The position numbers were made by a program, and so were the translations under genes. Below, piece by piece: positions 18,752 through 28,663 of a DNA stretch of 64,000 nucleotides. This DNA comes from Gemmatimonas sp. (GTDB lineage Bacteria > Gemmatimonadota > Gemmatimonadetes > Gemmatimonadales > Gemmatimonadaceae), in NCBI GenBank assembly GCA_031414535.1, contig JANNVQ010000053.1:51997-115996 (forward strand), written 5' to 3'. How positions within the stretch are numbered: position 1 is the first letter of the stretch; each line of letters opens with the position of its first letter. The notes beneath the pieces were generated by a model. That model ran no database searches. It was not told the DNA's origin and saw only the letters and a list, made by a program, of their open reading frames with translations.

Positions 18752-20457
18752 TGCGCTTCGTGGATTACCCATGGATGGCGCTCTCGGCAATCGTCATTGC
18801 TCTGGTCGCATTTGTGTTGGTGCTGGCCGGACACGCCCGTCGTCGGAAGCGCCTCGCGCGCTTCGGTACGGCCGAAGCCATCGCGCGGCTCGCGCCCGCC
18901 GATGCAGCTATCCCGCCGCGCGCGCGCGCCTGGCGGCTTGCCCTCGCGGCGCTCTGCTTGGCCATTGCCATCGCCGGTCCGCGCTGGGGACGAAGTGATC
19001 AAACCCTCGAAGTCGAAGGCGTGGATGTCGCCATCGCGCTCGATCTCTCCCTTTCGATGATGGCCGAGGATGAGCGACCGAGTCGCTTGGAACGCATGAA
19101 GCAGGAAGTCCGTCGTCTGCGTGCGTCCGCGCCCGGAGACCGCTTTGCGCTCATTGGTTTTGCGGGGCGCAGCTATATCCTCTCGCCGCTCACCTCCGAT
19201 GACGGCGCGATTGACCTGTTTCTTGATAACCTGAGTCCGAGTATCGTTGGCCAAGCGGGCTCAGCGATGGCGCCGCCACTACGCCAGGGCATCGACCTCT
19301 TGCTGGCCAGTCGAGGCGATGCAGACCGCGCGCTCGTCATCATGAGCGATGGCGAAGCCTTTGATGATCATCAGGAAGCGCTCGCGCTCGCGGCGGAGGT
19401 CAAGGAGGCGGGCTTGCATCTGATCACCGTCGGCTTCGGTACGCCCACTGGTGGCACCATTCCTGTGAATGGCCCCAACGGCCGCGATGTGAAGCGTGAT
19501 GAGAACGGGGAAGTGGTGCAGACGATGTACGATCCCACGCTGCTGGAAGCGCTCGCCACCGCCGCAGGCGGGGAGTTCATCGCCGCGGAGGCGACGGACA
19601 AGGGCAATCGCATTCGGCGCGCGCTGGCCGGGCTCGAGACCGCATCGCGCGAGGAGGCCCAGCGCCTGAATCGTCCGGCGCAATATCACTGGTTCGCGCT
19701 CGTCGCACTCGTCGTGTTGCTGCTTGACGCGTGGTTCGCTGATGGGGGCCGCCTGCCGGGTTGGCTGGCGCGTTGGCTGCCGCGTTGGCTGCCGCGTTGG
19801 TTGAATCGTCGCTCTCGCACTGTATCCGCCGCTTTGCTGACGTTCATTCTCTGTTCTGCCACCGATCTTCAAGGGCAGGCCTCGCTGGAAGATGCTTTGC
19901 GCGCCCAGCGCGATGGCCGCACGGCTGAGGCCATTCGGCAGTACCGCACGATTCTCGGCGAGGGCGACAAGCGTCCGGTGCTGATGTACAATCTCGGCAC
20001 CGCGTTGCTGGCGGCGGACTCACTGGACGGCGCGGTTGAGGCCCTTGAGCGTGCCCTGTTCACATCGGACGAGGAACTGCGCACGCGCGCGCGCTACAAT
20101 CTTGGTCTGGCGTATCTGAAGCGCGGTCTGCGGCTTGATGGCGATGCGCGGAGCGCTGCGCTGCAAAGCGCGCGACGCGCTTTCCGCACCGTGCTACTCG
20201 AGCGCCCTGGTAATCCCGAGGCGCAATGGAACTACGAGCTCGCCTTGCGTGCGCCGACTGGTGGGGGTGGTGGTTCGTCCAACAATCAGCAGAACCAAAG
20301 TCAGTCGCCAGCACCCACGCCTCAGCAACAGGGCGCGATGTCGAAGCAGCAGGCGGAAATCCTGCTCGACGCTGCCGCACGTGAAGAGCGCGAAACGCAG
20401 GCTCGCCGGCAGCGCGGCAACACGCCGCTGCGCTCCGCGGGGCAGAAGGACTGGTGA
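18748..20457 (+). CDS. BatB-like vWA domain fused to a BatC-like TPR domain
   Basis: GPRWG, MIDAS DLSLSM, MSDGE; TPR motifs YNLGTAL, YNLGLA, AQWNYELAL; Q/G-rich linker; C-terminal KDW. Confidence 0.85.
   Translation: MMRFVDYPWMALSAIVIALVAFVLVLAGHARRRKRLARFGTAEAIARLAPADAAIPPRARAWRLALAALCLAIAIAGPRWGRSDQTLEVEGVDVAIALDLSLSMMAEDERPSRLERMKQEVRRLRASAPGDRFALIGFAGRSYILSPLTSDDGAIDLFLDNLSPSIVGQAGSAMAPPLRQGIDLLLASRGDADRALVIMSDGEAFDDHQEALALAAEVKEAGLHLITVGFGTPTGGTIPVNGPNGRDVKRDENGEVVQTMYDPTLLEALATAAGGEFIAAEATDKGNRIRRALAGLETASREEAQRLNRPAQYHWFALVALVVLLLDAWFADGGRLPGWLARWLPRWLPRWLNRRSRTVSAALLTFILCSATDLQGQASLEDALRAQRDGRTAEAIRQYRTILGEGDKRPVLMYNLGTALLAADSLDGAVEALERALFTSDEELRTRARYNLGLAYLKRGLRLDGDARSAALQSARRAFRTVLLERPGNPEAQWNYELALRAPTGGGGGSSNNQQNQSQSPAPTPQQQGAMSKQQAEILLDAAAREERETQARRQRGNTPLRSAGQKDW
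19759..19806 (+). repeat. In-frame 12-bp repeat x4 (W-L-x-R) at the BatB/BatC junction
   Basis: ggttggctggcg cgttggctgccg cgttggctgccg cgttggttgaat. Confidence 0.8.
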
Positions 20458-22469
20458 TGCGTCGCCTCGCACTCGCGTTGGCCCTCGGGGCAGCGCTTCC
20501 GCTCGCCGCGCAGAATCCAGATGGTGTGGCGTTGCGCGCGTCGGTGAGCGCCGACACCGTTTTTGTCGGCCAGCAGGTGACGTATACGCTTTCGGTGAGC
20601 ATCCCCACGGCCGTGCGTCAGCGCCTGAGGCGTAATCCGGAGTTCGTGCCGCCCGATCCGCGTTCGATGCTCGCGTACGATCTGCCCCTCTCGCGGGTGG
20701 GAGACGCGTCGTCAGAGCAGGAAGTGCACACGTTTCGGCGCGCGCTCTTCGTGCTCACGCCGGGTAGATACTCCCTCGGGCCCGCGCGCCTCACGTACTC
20801 GCTTCCGCAAAGCGCGAGCTTCTTCAGTCGCGAGGACGAGCGCACGCTGCGTGCCGACGGCGTCAGCTTCATCGCGGTGGAGCCGCCCGCACGGGGGCGT
20901 CCCAGCGATTGGCTCGGCGCCGTTGGGCGCTGGAGCGCCACGCTGCGCGCCGACCCTAGCTCCACCCGCGTTGGTGATCCTTTTGTCCTCGTGCTGCGGC
21001 TCGAGGGCACCGGAAACGCCACCTTATTGCCCCGCCCACCGCTGAGCATTCCGTGGGCCGACGTTGTGCCGCAGGACGAGCGCGTGGTGCTGGACTCCAC
21101 CCCCGCGCTCTTCGGCGGCACCAAGGAGTTCGCGTGGTTGGTGACGCCGCGCGAGCCCGGCTCGCGCGTGGTATCGCCCATTGATTACCAGGTCTTCAAT
21201 CCAAACGACCGTCGGTATGAGACGATTAGTACGGCCTCGGTCACGGTGAATGTCCGACCTGGCGCGCTGGTGGCCGTGCCCACGCGCGCCGCGGCTCGTG
21301 GCGACACCGCGACGCTTGCGCTGCGAGCCACGCTGCGTGGCACTTCATTCGTTGGACTGCCGTATCGCGTTCCCCTGACGTGGCTGGCCCTGCTTGCGCC
21401 CCTGCCTTGGTTCGTCGCGCGCCTCCGGCCACGATTCAAGCGCCGGCGCGACGCGGTCCCCAGTGGTGACGCACCTCGCAGCGTGCGCGCCTTCCTTGAG
21501 CAGTCGCTTAACGCCCGCACCGGCGTAGATCTCGCCGCTTACACCACACCCGGCACGCTGACCTCCGCGCTGCGGCTCGAAGGCGTGACGCCAGAAACTG
21601 CCGCCGAGGTTGAGGCGGTTCGCGATGCCTGTGATGCACAGGGCTTCGAGCGTATGCGTCGCTCCGGTTCACAGGAAGCCATCACCGAATCCGTGGCGCA
21701 TTCGGTGCGCGCTCGCGCCGCATCCGTGCTCGCCAAGGTGCATGCGGAAGCGCGAAGCCGCGTTCTGCTTGTCTTGCTTTCGCTCGGCCTCCTCGGCGGC
21801 TGCATGCGCATTGCCGACAGCGCCGAGGCCTTGCAGCACTTTACGGAAGGACGCACGGCGTACGCAGGGCGCGACTTCGTGCGGGCTCGCGAGTCGTTCC
21901 GCCGAGCTGCCTCACTCGCGCCGCGCGATGCGTCTGCCTGGGCCAACCTCGGCAGCGCCGCTTGGGCCGCGCGCGATACAGCCAACGCCGTGTTCGCTTG
22001 GCAGCGCGCGCTGCGCCTGGACCCCACCGCGAGTGACGTGCGCGAGCGCTTGGCCCGCGTGCCGGCGCCTCAGCATCGCGGCGCGGCGCGCGTGTGGCGG
22101 GTCTCGCCGCTGCCTGTCCTCGCGCTCGGCCTGTTGCTGTGGTTCGTTGGCTGGTGGTGGTCCTATGCGCAGGCCCGCGCCAATCGCTCCACGCGTTGGC
22201 CACTCTTGGCACTTCTGCCAGCCATGCTCTGCATCGGCACGGGGGCTTGGCTCGATAGCATCTTGGCCGCGCGTGACCTTGTGGTGCTCGCCAGTCCCGC
22301 GCCGCTCCGTGCGTTGCCGGCCCTCGGCGCCGACCCGGGTGCGATGCCCATCACGGGCGAGATTGCCCGCGTGATGGAGCGTCGCGGTGTTTGGTTGCGG
22401 CTTGAGCTCGATGGGGGCCGTGAGGGCTGGTATCCGGCCGCGCGTGTGCTCCCGCTCGCGCGCAATTGA
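20454..22469 (+). CDS. BatD-like domain fused to a BatE-like TPR + SH3 domain
   Basis: Signal peptide; VFVGQQVTY; GAVGRW...VGDP...LEGTGN BatD repeats; TPR AWANLGSA; SH3-like WLRLELDGGREGW. Confidence 0.8.
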   Translation: MMRRLALALALGAALPLAAQNPDGVALRASVSADTVFVGQQVTYTLSVSIPTAVRQRLRRNPEFVPPDPRSMLAYDLPLSRVGDASSEQEVHTFRRALFVLTPGRYSLGPARLTYSLPQSASFFSREDERTLRADGVSFIAVEPPARGRPSDWLGAVGRWSATLRADPSSTRVGDPFVLVLRLEGTGNATLLPRPPLSIPWADVVPQDERVVLDSTPALFGGTKEFAWLVTPREPGSRVVSPIDYQVFNPNDRRYETISTASVTVNVRPGALVAVPTRAAARGDTATLALRATLRGTSFVGLPYRVPLTWLALLAPLPWFVARLRPRFKRRRDAVPSGDAPRSVRAFLEQSLNARTGVDLAAYTTPGTLTSALRLEGVTPETAAEVEAVRDACDAQGFERMRRSGSQEAITESVAHSVRARAASVLAKVHAEARSRVLLVLLSLGLLGGCMRIADSAEALQHFTEGRTAYAGRDFVRARESFRRAASLAPRDASAWANLGSAAWAARDTANAVFAWQRALRLDPTASDVRERLARVPAPQHRGAARVWRVSPLPVLALGLLLWFVGWWWSYAQARANRSTRWPLLALLPAMLCIGTGAWLDSILAARDLVVLASPAPLRALPALGADPGAMPITGEIARVMERRGVWLRLELDGGREGWYPAARVLPLARN

Positions 22470-22500
22470 TTCCGACCTGTCGCTCCCGGAGATTGCAGGC

Positions 22501-24249
22501 ATGACCGCATCGCGGATTGCCATTCTTGCGCCAGACGTAGCCGACCGCATTGCCGCCGGCGAGGTAGTGGAGCGTCCGGCGTCCGTGGTGAAGGAACTGC
22601 TGGAGAATGCGCTCGATGCCGGCGCCACGCACATCGAGCTTGAACTCCGAGACGGCGGCCGCGCACTCATTCGTGTGAGCGACGACGGTGGTGGGATGAC
22701 GCGCGAGGAGGCTCAGCTGGCCATCGCTCGCCACGCCACCAGCAAGATTCGCGATGCCGAGGACCTCGTGGGCGTATCCAGTTTCGGATTTCGCGGCGAG
22801 GCGCTACCGGCCATTGGATCGGTGGCGCATCTGCACATCGAGACCGCCACCGACGATGGGGCGGGCACTCGCGTAGAGGTCAGCGGCGGGACTCTTGTCG
22901 CCGTGAAGGATGCGACCCGACGTCGTGGCACCACCGTCAGTGTCGAGTCGCTGTTCTATAACACGCCGGCCCGACAGAAGTTCTTGCGCGGAACGCGCTC
23001 CGAGTGGCGTGCGGTGCTCGACTTGCTGCACACTATTGCTTTGCTGAGACGTGATCTGCGACTCAGCGTGACGCACGATGGCAAGGAACAGTTAACGCTC
23101 GCGCCCGCGCGCAGCCTCTCGGAACGCGTCGCCGCGCTCTGGGGACCCGATGCCGCGGACCGGATGGTGGCCGTGAACGACATTCAGGGCTCCATCCGTG
23201 TGAGTGGGCTCGCTGAGCGTCCCAGTGAGGTGGGCCTCGGCACGCGGCGTGTCCTCGTGACTGTCAATGGCCGCGCCGTGCGTGACACCGGGGTCATTCG
23301 CGCGGCCGAGGCGGCGTATCGCTCCACCATTCCATCCGGCGTGCGGCCGTCCTTGCTGCTGCAACTCGAGTTGCCCGGTGGAGATGTTGATGTGAACGTG
23401 CATCCCGCCAAGGCTGAGGTGCGCTTCCGCGATCGCTGGACCCTTGAGCGCGCGGTGGAACGCGCCGTGCGCCAAGCGCTCGGTACCGAGGATGCCGTCG
23501 CCGCCGTTGGCATTGTGCGCGGTGTCCCCGAGGGGCCGGAACTCGGGCGCGCGCTTGGTGTTGAGGTGCTGCGTCAGGCTCCCGTGGCGACGCCCGCGCC
23601 GCTCTTTGACCAAGCGCACGCCCCTCACGCGCACGCACGCTCCGAGGTCGAGGCAGCGGAAGCGCCCGCCGACGAGATCATCGTACCGCCGCTCTTCCAG
23701 TTCCATCGCACGTACATTGCCTTCGAACGTCACGACGCCCTCGTACTCATTGACCAGCACTCGGCGCACGAGCGTGTGTTGTACGAGCGTTTCTTGCAGG
23801 CTTTCGAAGGCGGGCAGATGCCGAGCCAACGCTTGCTGTTTCCGCTCACGTTGCATTTGTCGCCCGCGGAGGCGGAAGTTTTCGAGGCGGAGCGCGAATC
23901 GCTAGGCAAGCTGGGCTTCGAGGGTGAGGCCTTTGGAGGCAGTTCTGTGGTGGTGCACAGCGTCCCCTCGCCGCATCCGCGCTTTGACGCGGAACGTTGC
24001 CTGCGCGATACCTTGGCCGCGCTGACGGGAGACCGCGAGCCTAGCGCGCACGCACGGCACACCCGGCTCGTCGCGACGATTGCCTGTAAGGCGGCCGTCA
24101 AGAGTGGCGATCTACTCGCGCCGGACGAGATGCGTGGGCTCTATGTAGCGCTTGCGCGCACCACCTTGCCCGCGCACGACGTGCACGGGCGCGCGACCAT
24201 CCTGCAGTTGGGGTGGGGCGAGATTGATCGGCGGTTTGGACGTGCCTGA
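22501..24249 (+). CDS. mutL: DNA mismatch repair endonuclease MutL
   Basis: IAAGEVVERPASVVKELLENALDAGA, GFRGEAL, DVNVHPAKAEVRF, DQHSAHER, clamp motif QRLLFP. Confidence 0.95.
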   Translation: MTASRIAILAPDVADRIAAGEVVERPASVVKELLENALDAGATHIELELRDGGRALIRVSDDGGGMTREEAQLAIARHATSKIRDAEDLVGVSSFGFRGEALPAIGSVAHLHIETATDDGAGTRVEVSGGTLVAVKDATRRRGTTVSVESLFYNTPARQKFLRGTRSEWRAVLDLLHTIALLRRDLRLSVTHDGKEQLTLAPARSLSERVAALWGPDAADRMVAVNDIQGSIRVSGLAERPSEVGLGTRRVLVTVNGRAVRDTGVIRAAEAAYRSTIPSGVRPSLLLQLELPGGDVDVNVHPAKAEVRFRDRWTLERAVERAVRQALGTEDAVAAVGIVRGVPEGPELGRALGVEVLRQAPVATPAPLFDQAHAPHAHARSEVEAAEAPADEIIVPPLFQFHRTYIAFERHDALVLIDQHSAHERVLYERFLQAFEGGQMPSQRLLFPLTLHLSPAEAEVFEAERESLGKLGFEGEAFGGSSVVVHSVPSPHPRFDAERCLRDTLAALTGDREPSAHARHTRLVATIACKAAVKSGDLLAPDEMRGLYVALARTTLPAHDVHGRATILQLGWGEIDRRFGRA

Positions 24250-25153
24250 GCTACGAATCATTACGGGACCAACAGGGGCAGGGAAGTCTGCCCTCGCGCT
24301 TGAGTTGGCGGGGCGCCACGGCGCGCGGATTATCTCGGCGGACTCGCGTCAGATTTATCGCGGCTTCGACATCGGTACCGCTAAACCCGGTAGTGCTGAG
24401 CAGGCGCGTGTCGCGCACGCTGGAATTGATGTCGCCGAGCCAAGCGAGCGATGGAACGCCGCGAAGTGGGCTGATGCGGCACGAGAATGGCTTGCCGAGG
24501 ACGCAGGTGGTGGTCGCCCCTCCATCATCGTTGGAGGGACCGGCCTCTGGCTGCAGGCGCTGGTGAAGCCGCTCGCGGATGAGCCGCCGATGGATCCGGA
24601 GCGTCGCGCCCTCGTCCAACGCGAACTGGATGCGCTCGACCTCACAGCGCTTCGGGAGTTGGTGCAGCAGCTCGACCCTGCCCGCGCGCACTTGGGGCGC
24701 GCGCAGTTGCTGCGCGCTGCGGAAGTCGCTCGCGTGACGGGGGAGAAGCTGAGCGACTGGCACGCTCGAGGGAGCACGAAGCCGCGCTTGAGCGCTCGCT
24801 GGCTCGTGGTGGATCCCGGCCCTAAGCTCGCCCTGCAGCTCGAGGCGCGTCGCACCGTCATGTTGGAGGCGGGCTGGCTTCACGAAGTCCGGGCGTTGAG
24901 CGCTGTCGTTCCAGACGAGGCCCCCGCGTGGAACGCTTGCGGGTATCGCGAGATTCGTGAGGTGGTGCGGGGAACGCGTGCGCTCGACGATGCTTTGCTC
25001 GCCGTGAGTATTAGTACGCGGCAGTACGCTAAACGCCAGCGCACCTGGTTCCGTAATCAATTGGACAACGTGGGGCCGGTAACGCGGCTCGATCCCCAAG
25101 CGGCCAATGCGGCCGACTTAGCCGAACGATGGTTCTCCGAGGACAAATCGTGA
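24242..25153 (+). CDS. miaA: tRNA dimethylallyltransferase
   Basis: GPTGAGKS, ISADSRQIYRGFDIGTAKP, TRQYAKRQRTWF. Confidence 0.95.
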   Translation: MPELRIITGPTGAGKSALALELAGRHGARIISADSRQIYRGFDIGTAKPGSAEQARVAHAGIDVAEPSERWNAAKWADAAREWLAEDAGGGRPSIIVGGTGLWLQALVKPLADEPPMDPERRALVQRELDALDLTALRELVQQLDPARAHLGRAQLLRAAEVARVTGEKLSDWHARGSTKPRLSARWLVVDPGPKLALQLEARRTVMLEAGWLHEVRALSAVVPDEAPAWNACGYREIREVVRGTRALDDALLAVSISTRQYAKRQRTWFRNQLDNVGPVTRLDPQAANAADLAERWFSEDKS

Positions 25154-26283
25154 AGGTTGGTATCACCTGCTATCCCACCTACGGCGGATCTGGCGCCGTG
25201 GCGACTGAACTCGGCATCGCGCTCGCGGCCCGCGGCCACGACGTGCACTTCATCACCTACGAGCATCCGTTTCGGCTACCGCACTTTTTGCCGCGCGTCA
25301 CCTTTCACGAGGTGAACATTGGCAACTATCCGTTGTTCGAGTATCCGCCCTACGATTTGGCGCTCGCGGTACGCATGCGCGAGGTGGTACTCTCGCAGGG
25401 ACTCGATCTCCTGCACGTGCACTATGCCATCCCCCACGCCACCAGCGCCTGGATTGCCAAGGAGATGCTGGCGACGGAGGGCCGCAAGCTGCCCGTTGTG
25501 ACCACCCTTCACGGCACCGACATCACCATCGTCGGCCGAGATCACTCGTACCAGGCCATCACGCGGTTCAGCATTGATCGGTCCGATCGCGTGACCAGCG
25601 TGTCGCAGTGGCTGAAGGACGAGACCATCAAGGCCTTCGGCTGCGAGAACACGCGCATCGAAGTCATTCCGAATTTTGTGGATCCTGTTGCCTTCGACCG
25701 TGCGAAGCACGGCCACACGCTGCGCGATGAGCTGGGACACGGCCAGCCGGTCTTGATGCACATCTCAAACTTCAGACCCGTCAAGCGCGTCCGCGATGTC
25801 GTGCGCACATTTGCCCTCGTGCGCGCCCAACGGCCGTGCACGCTCGTGATGGTCGGTGATGGACCCGATCGCGGGGCAGCCGAAGATGAGGCGCGGACGC
25901 TGGGGGTCGCGAACGATGTGCGCTTCTTGGGACGCATTGATGACGTCGCTCCCTTGCTCGCGGCAGCGGACATCTACCTCTTTCCCTCCGAGACCGAGAG
26001 CTTCGGCCTCAGTGCCCTCGAAGCCTTAGCCAGCGGTGTGCCCGTCATCGCCTCGCATGTCGGCGGCATCTCCGATGTGGTGAAGCCAGGAATCACAGGC
26101 GAAATGCTTCCGCTCGGCGATGTTGAGGGGATGGCCGCCGCCGCACTCGCTTACTTGGAACCCACTAGATGGGCCGCGGCATCGGTCGCCGCCGCCGCGG
26201 ATGCCCGCCTGCGCTTCTCCACCGCGGATGTCGTCGCGCGCTACGAGAAGCTCTACACAGAGGCGCTGGCGGCAGTCCGCTAA
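25150..26283 (+). CDS. bshA: N-acetyl-alpha-D-glucosaminyl L-malate synthase (GT4)
   Basis: [60 protein letters not shown]. Confidence 0.9.
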   Translation: MKVGITCYPTYGGSGAVATELGIALAARGHDVHFITYEHPFRLPHFLPRVTFHEVNIGNYPLFEYPPYDLALAVRMREVVLSQGLDLLHVHYAIPHATSAWIAKEMLATEGRKLPVVTTLHGTDITIVGRDHSYQAITRFSIDRSDRVTSVSQWLKDETIKAFGCENTRIEVIPNFVDPVAFDRAKHGHTLRDELGHGQPVLMHISNFRPVKRVRDVVRTFALVRAQRPCTLVMVGDGPDRGAAEDEARTLGVANDVRFLGRIDDVAPLLAAADIYLFPSETESFGLSALEALASGVPVIASHVGGISDVVKPGITGEMLPLGDVEGMAAAALAYLEPTRWAAASVAAAADARLRFSTADVVARYEKLYTEALAAVR

Positions 26284-26310
26284 CGAGCTGCCGCGCTTAC
26301 CTTTCGCGTC

Positions 26311-27126
26311 ATGCAGGAACCCTCGCTCTGGCAAGCCATCATCCTCGGCACCCTTCAAGGGCTGACCGAGTTCCTTCCCGTTTCCAGTTCCGCGCACCTC
26401 TCCCTGACTCCATGGGTCATGGGATGGCAGCCCGCCGGACTCGGTTTCGATGTGGCGCTGCACATCGGGACCTTGATCGCCTTGGTCTGGTACTTCCGTT
26501 CTGAATGGGCGCGCCTCATTCGCGGCGGCATCACCCTGCTTGTCAATCGTGGGCCCGTCGATGACGGCTCGCGTCAGGCGCTCTTCATCATAATTGCGAC
26601 GATCCCCGCGGGCATCGCGGGGCTGCTGCTTGAAGAACTCGCCGAGACCGTCTTTCGCGCTCCGATCATCACGGCCATCATGCTTATCGTCATGGGTGCG
26701 GTGCTCTGGATTGTGGATGCCAAGGCCGCGACGAATCGCACGCGCCAGGAGATGACCTGGCGCGACGCCGTGCTCGTGGGGCTGGCGCAGTGTCTCGCCT
26801 TGGTGCCCGGTGTCTCGCGCTCCGGCAGCACGATGACGGCGGGGCGCGCCCTCGGGTTCGATCGCAGCAACGCGGCCGTCTTCTCGTTCTTGATGTCGCT
26901 GCCGATCATCTCGGCCGCCATCATTTTCAAGGTGCCTGACGCGCTGCGGGAGGGTGTCAGCGTGCCGCTCCTGGCGGGCATTGCCGCCGCCGCGGTCAGC
27001 AGTTGGCTCGCGATTTCTGTGTTGCTGCGCTTTGTGAAGACGCAGAGCTATGCCGTCTTCGCTGTCTATCGCTTCGTTCTCGGCGCCGTCATTCTTGGGC
27101 TGATCGCCACGCGGGGCGGCTGGTGA
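26311..27126 (+). CDS. uppP: Undecaprenyl-diphosphate phosphatase
   Basis: QGLTEFLPVSSSAH, PGVSRSGST, AAVFSFLMS. Confidence 0.95.
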   Translation: MQEPSLWQAIILGTLQGLTEFLPVSSSAHLSLTPWVMGWQPAGLGFDVALHIGTLIALVWYFRSEWARLIRGGITLLVNRGPVDDGSRQALFIIIATIPAGIAGLLLEELAETVFRAPIITAIMLIVMGAVLWIVDAKAATNRTRQEMTWRDAVLVGLAQCLALVPGVSRSGSTMTAGRALGFDRSNAAVFSFLMSLPIISAAIIFKVPDALREGVSVPLLAGIAAAAVSSWLAISVLLRFVKTQSYAVFAVYRFVLGAVILGLIATRGGW

Positions 27127-27878
27127 GCTGGTTTGGATTCTCTGGCGATGCGCTCGCGCGCGCGCTGGAGCTTCCGCGGGTGGAAGCCCACGCCTCGCTG
27201 TCTTCGACCATGGATGAGGCACATGCGCTCGCTGCTGGTGGAGCGCCGGCGGGGACGCTCGTACTCGCCGAACTGCAGACGGCGGGGCGGGGACGGGGCG
27301 GCAAGCGTTGGACCTCCGAGCCACGCGCCGGGATCTGGGCCACCTTGATCGAACGCCCACGCGACGCCAGTGGCATCGAGGTGCTCTCCCTGCGCGTGGG
27401 ACTCGCACTCGCTCGCGTGCTCACGCGCTGGGCGGAACGCGACATCCAGCTGAAGTGGCCAAACGATCTGTTTGTTGATTCTCGCAAGCTTGCCGGTGTT
27501 CTTATCGAGGCGCGCTGGCGCGATCAGCGCCCAGATTGGGTCGCGATTGGCATCGGCATCAACCTCCGCGTGCCCGCCGACCAGCCCGACGCCACCGCCC
27601 TCGCTGGCGCCGAAGCTGACACCGAAGCTGACACCGAAGCTGACGCCGTGCTTGGCGAGATCGTACCGGCCCTGCGAGCCGCCGCCTTCGCCTCGGGCCC
27701 GCTCTCGGATGTAGAATTGCGCGAGTTCGCCGCTCGGGACTTCGCCCGAGACCGGGTACTCGTGGCGCCAGCGGCCGGTTGGGCCCGCGGCATCACCGCC
27801 GATGGCGCCCTGCTGATAGAATCCTCCAACGGCGCGCTGTCATCGTATCGCGCTGGATCGCTCGTCCTCTCTTCCTGA
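27123..27878 (+). CDS. birA: Biotin-protein ligase (no N-terminal HTH)
   Basis: QTAGRGRGG, KWPND, RKLAGVL, GIGIN. Confidence 0.9.
   Translation: MSWFGFSGDALARALELPRVEAHASLSSTMDEAHALAAGGAPAGTLVLAELQTAGRGRGGKRWTSEPRAGIWATLIERPRDASGIEVLSLRVGLALARVLTRWAERDIQLKWPNDLFVDSRKLAGVLIEARWRDQRPDWVAIGIGINLRVPADQPDATALAGAEADTEADTEADAVLGEIVPALRAAAFASGPLSDVELREFAARDFARDRVLVAPAAGWARGITADGALLIESSNGALSSYRAGSLVLSS
27610..27645 (+). repeat. In-frame 12-bp repeat x3 in birA (EADT)
   Basis: ccgaagctgaca x2, ccgaagctgacg. Confidence 0.9.
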
Positions 27879-27889
27879 GGCATCTGCCT

Positions 27890-28663
27890 GTGCTGCTGGT
27901 CGCTGACGTTGGCAACACCGAAACAACCTTGGGCCTCGCCGAGGGCGAGACGATTGTCGCGCACTGGCGCGTGACCACCGAAGCGGCGCGCACGCCCGAC
28001 GAGGTTCACCTGCTGTTGCACAATCTGCTGAGCGCGTCGGGGCGCGCTGGTGTGAAGCTTCGCGGTGCTGCTATTGGCTCGGTGGTGCCCGGCGTCACAC
28101 AGGCACTCGCGGAAGCCGCGTCGCGCATCAGCGATACGCCGGCCGTCATCGTGGATGCGACATCCAAGCTCGGCATCACACTCGCCGTCGACGAGCCGAT
28201 GACCGTTGGCGCCGATCGCATCATCAATACCTTGGCCGCGAGCCGCATCTACCGCTCCGATTGCATCGTCGTGGATCTCGGCACTGCCACCACCTACGAC
28301 TGCATCACCAAGGAGGGCGTGTTCCTTGGCGGTGTCATCCAGCCGGGCGTGAAGACCTCAGCGGAGACCCTGTTCCGCCGCACGGCCAAGCTCACGGCGA
28401 CCGAGCTTTCCGCCCCGACGAAAGTGATTGGGACGCGGACGGAAGAGTGCATCAGAGCCGGCGTGGTGTTTGGCGCGGCCGACAGCGTGACGGGCATCGT
28501 GAACCGCATCATCGCCGCGTGGCCCAACAGTGGTCGCCCGAAGGTGGTCGCGACCGGCGGCCTCGCCGTGGTGATCAAAGCGCATTGCCCCGTGATTGAA
28601 CTCGTGGACACGGACCTCACCTTACAGGGGTTGCGCATGGCCCACGAGATTCTGACCGCCTAG
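27890..28663 (+). CDS. coaX: Type III pantothenate kinase
   Basis: ADVGNT, VGADR, VDLGTATT, GGVIQPG, ATGG. Confidence 0.93.
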   Translation: MLLVADVGNTETTLGLAEGETIVAHWRVTTEAARTPDEVHLLLHNLLSASGRAGVKLRGAAIGSVVPGVTQALAEAASRISDTPAVIVDATSKLGITLAVDEPMTVGADRIINTLAASRIYRSDCIVVDLGTATTYDCITKEGVFLGGVIQPGVKTSAETLFRRTAKLTATELSAPTKVIGTRTEECIRAGVVFGAADSVTGIVNRIIAAWPNSGRPKVVATGGLAVVIKAHCPVIELVDTDLTLQGLRMAHEILTA

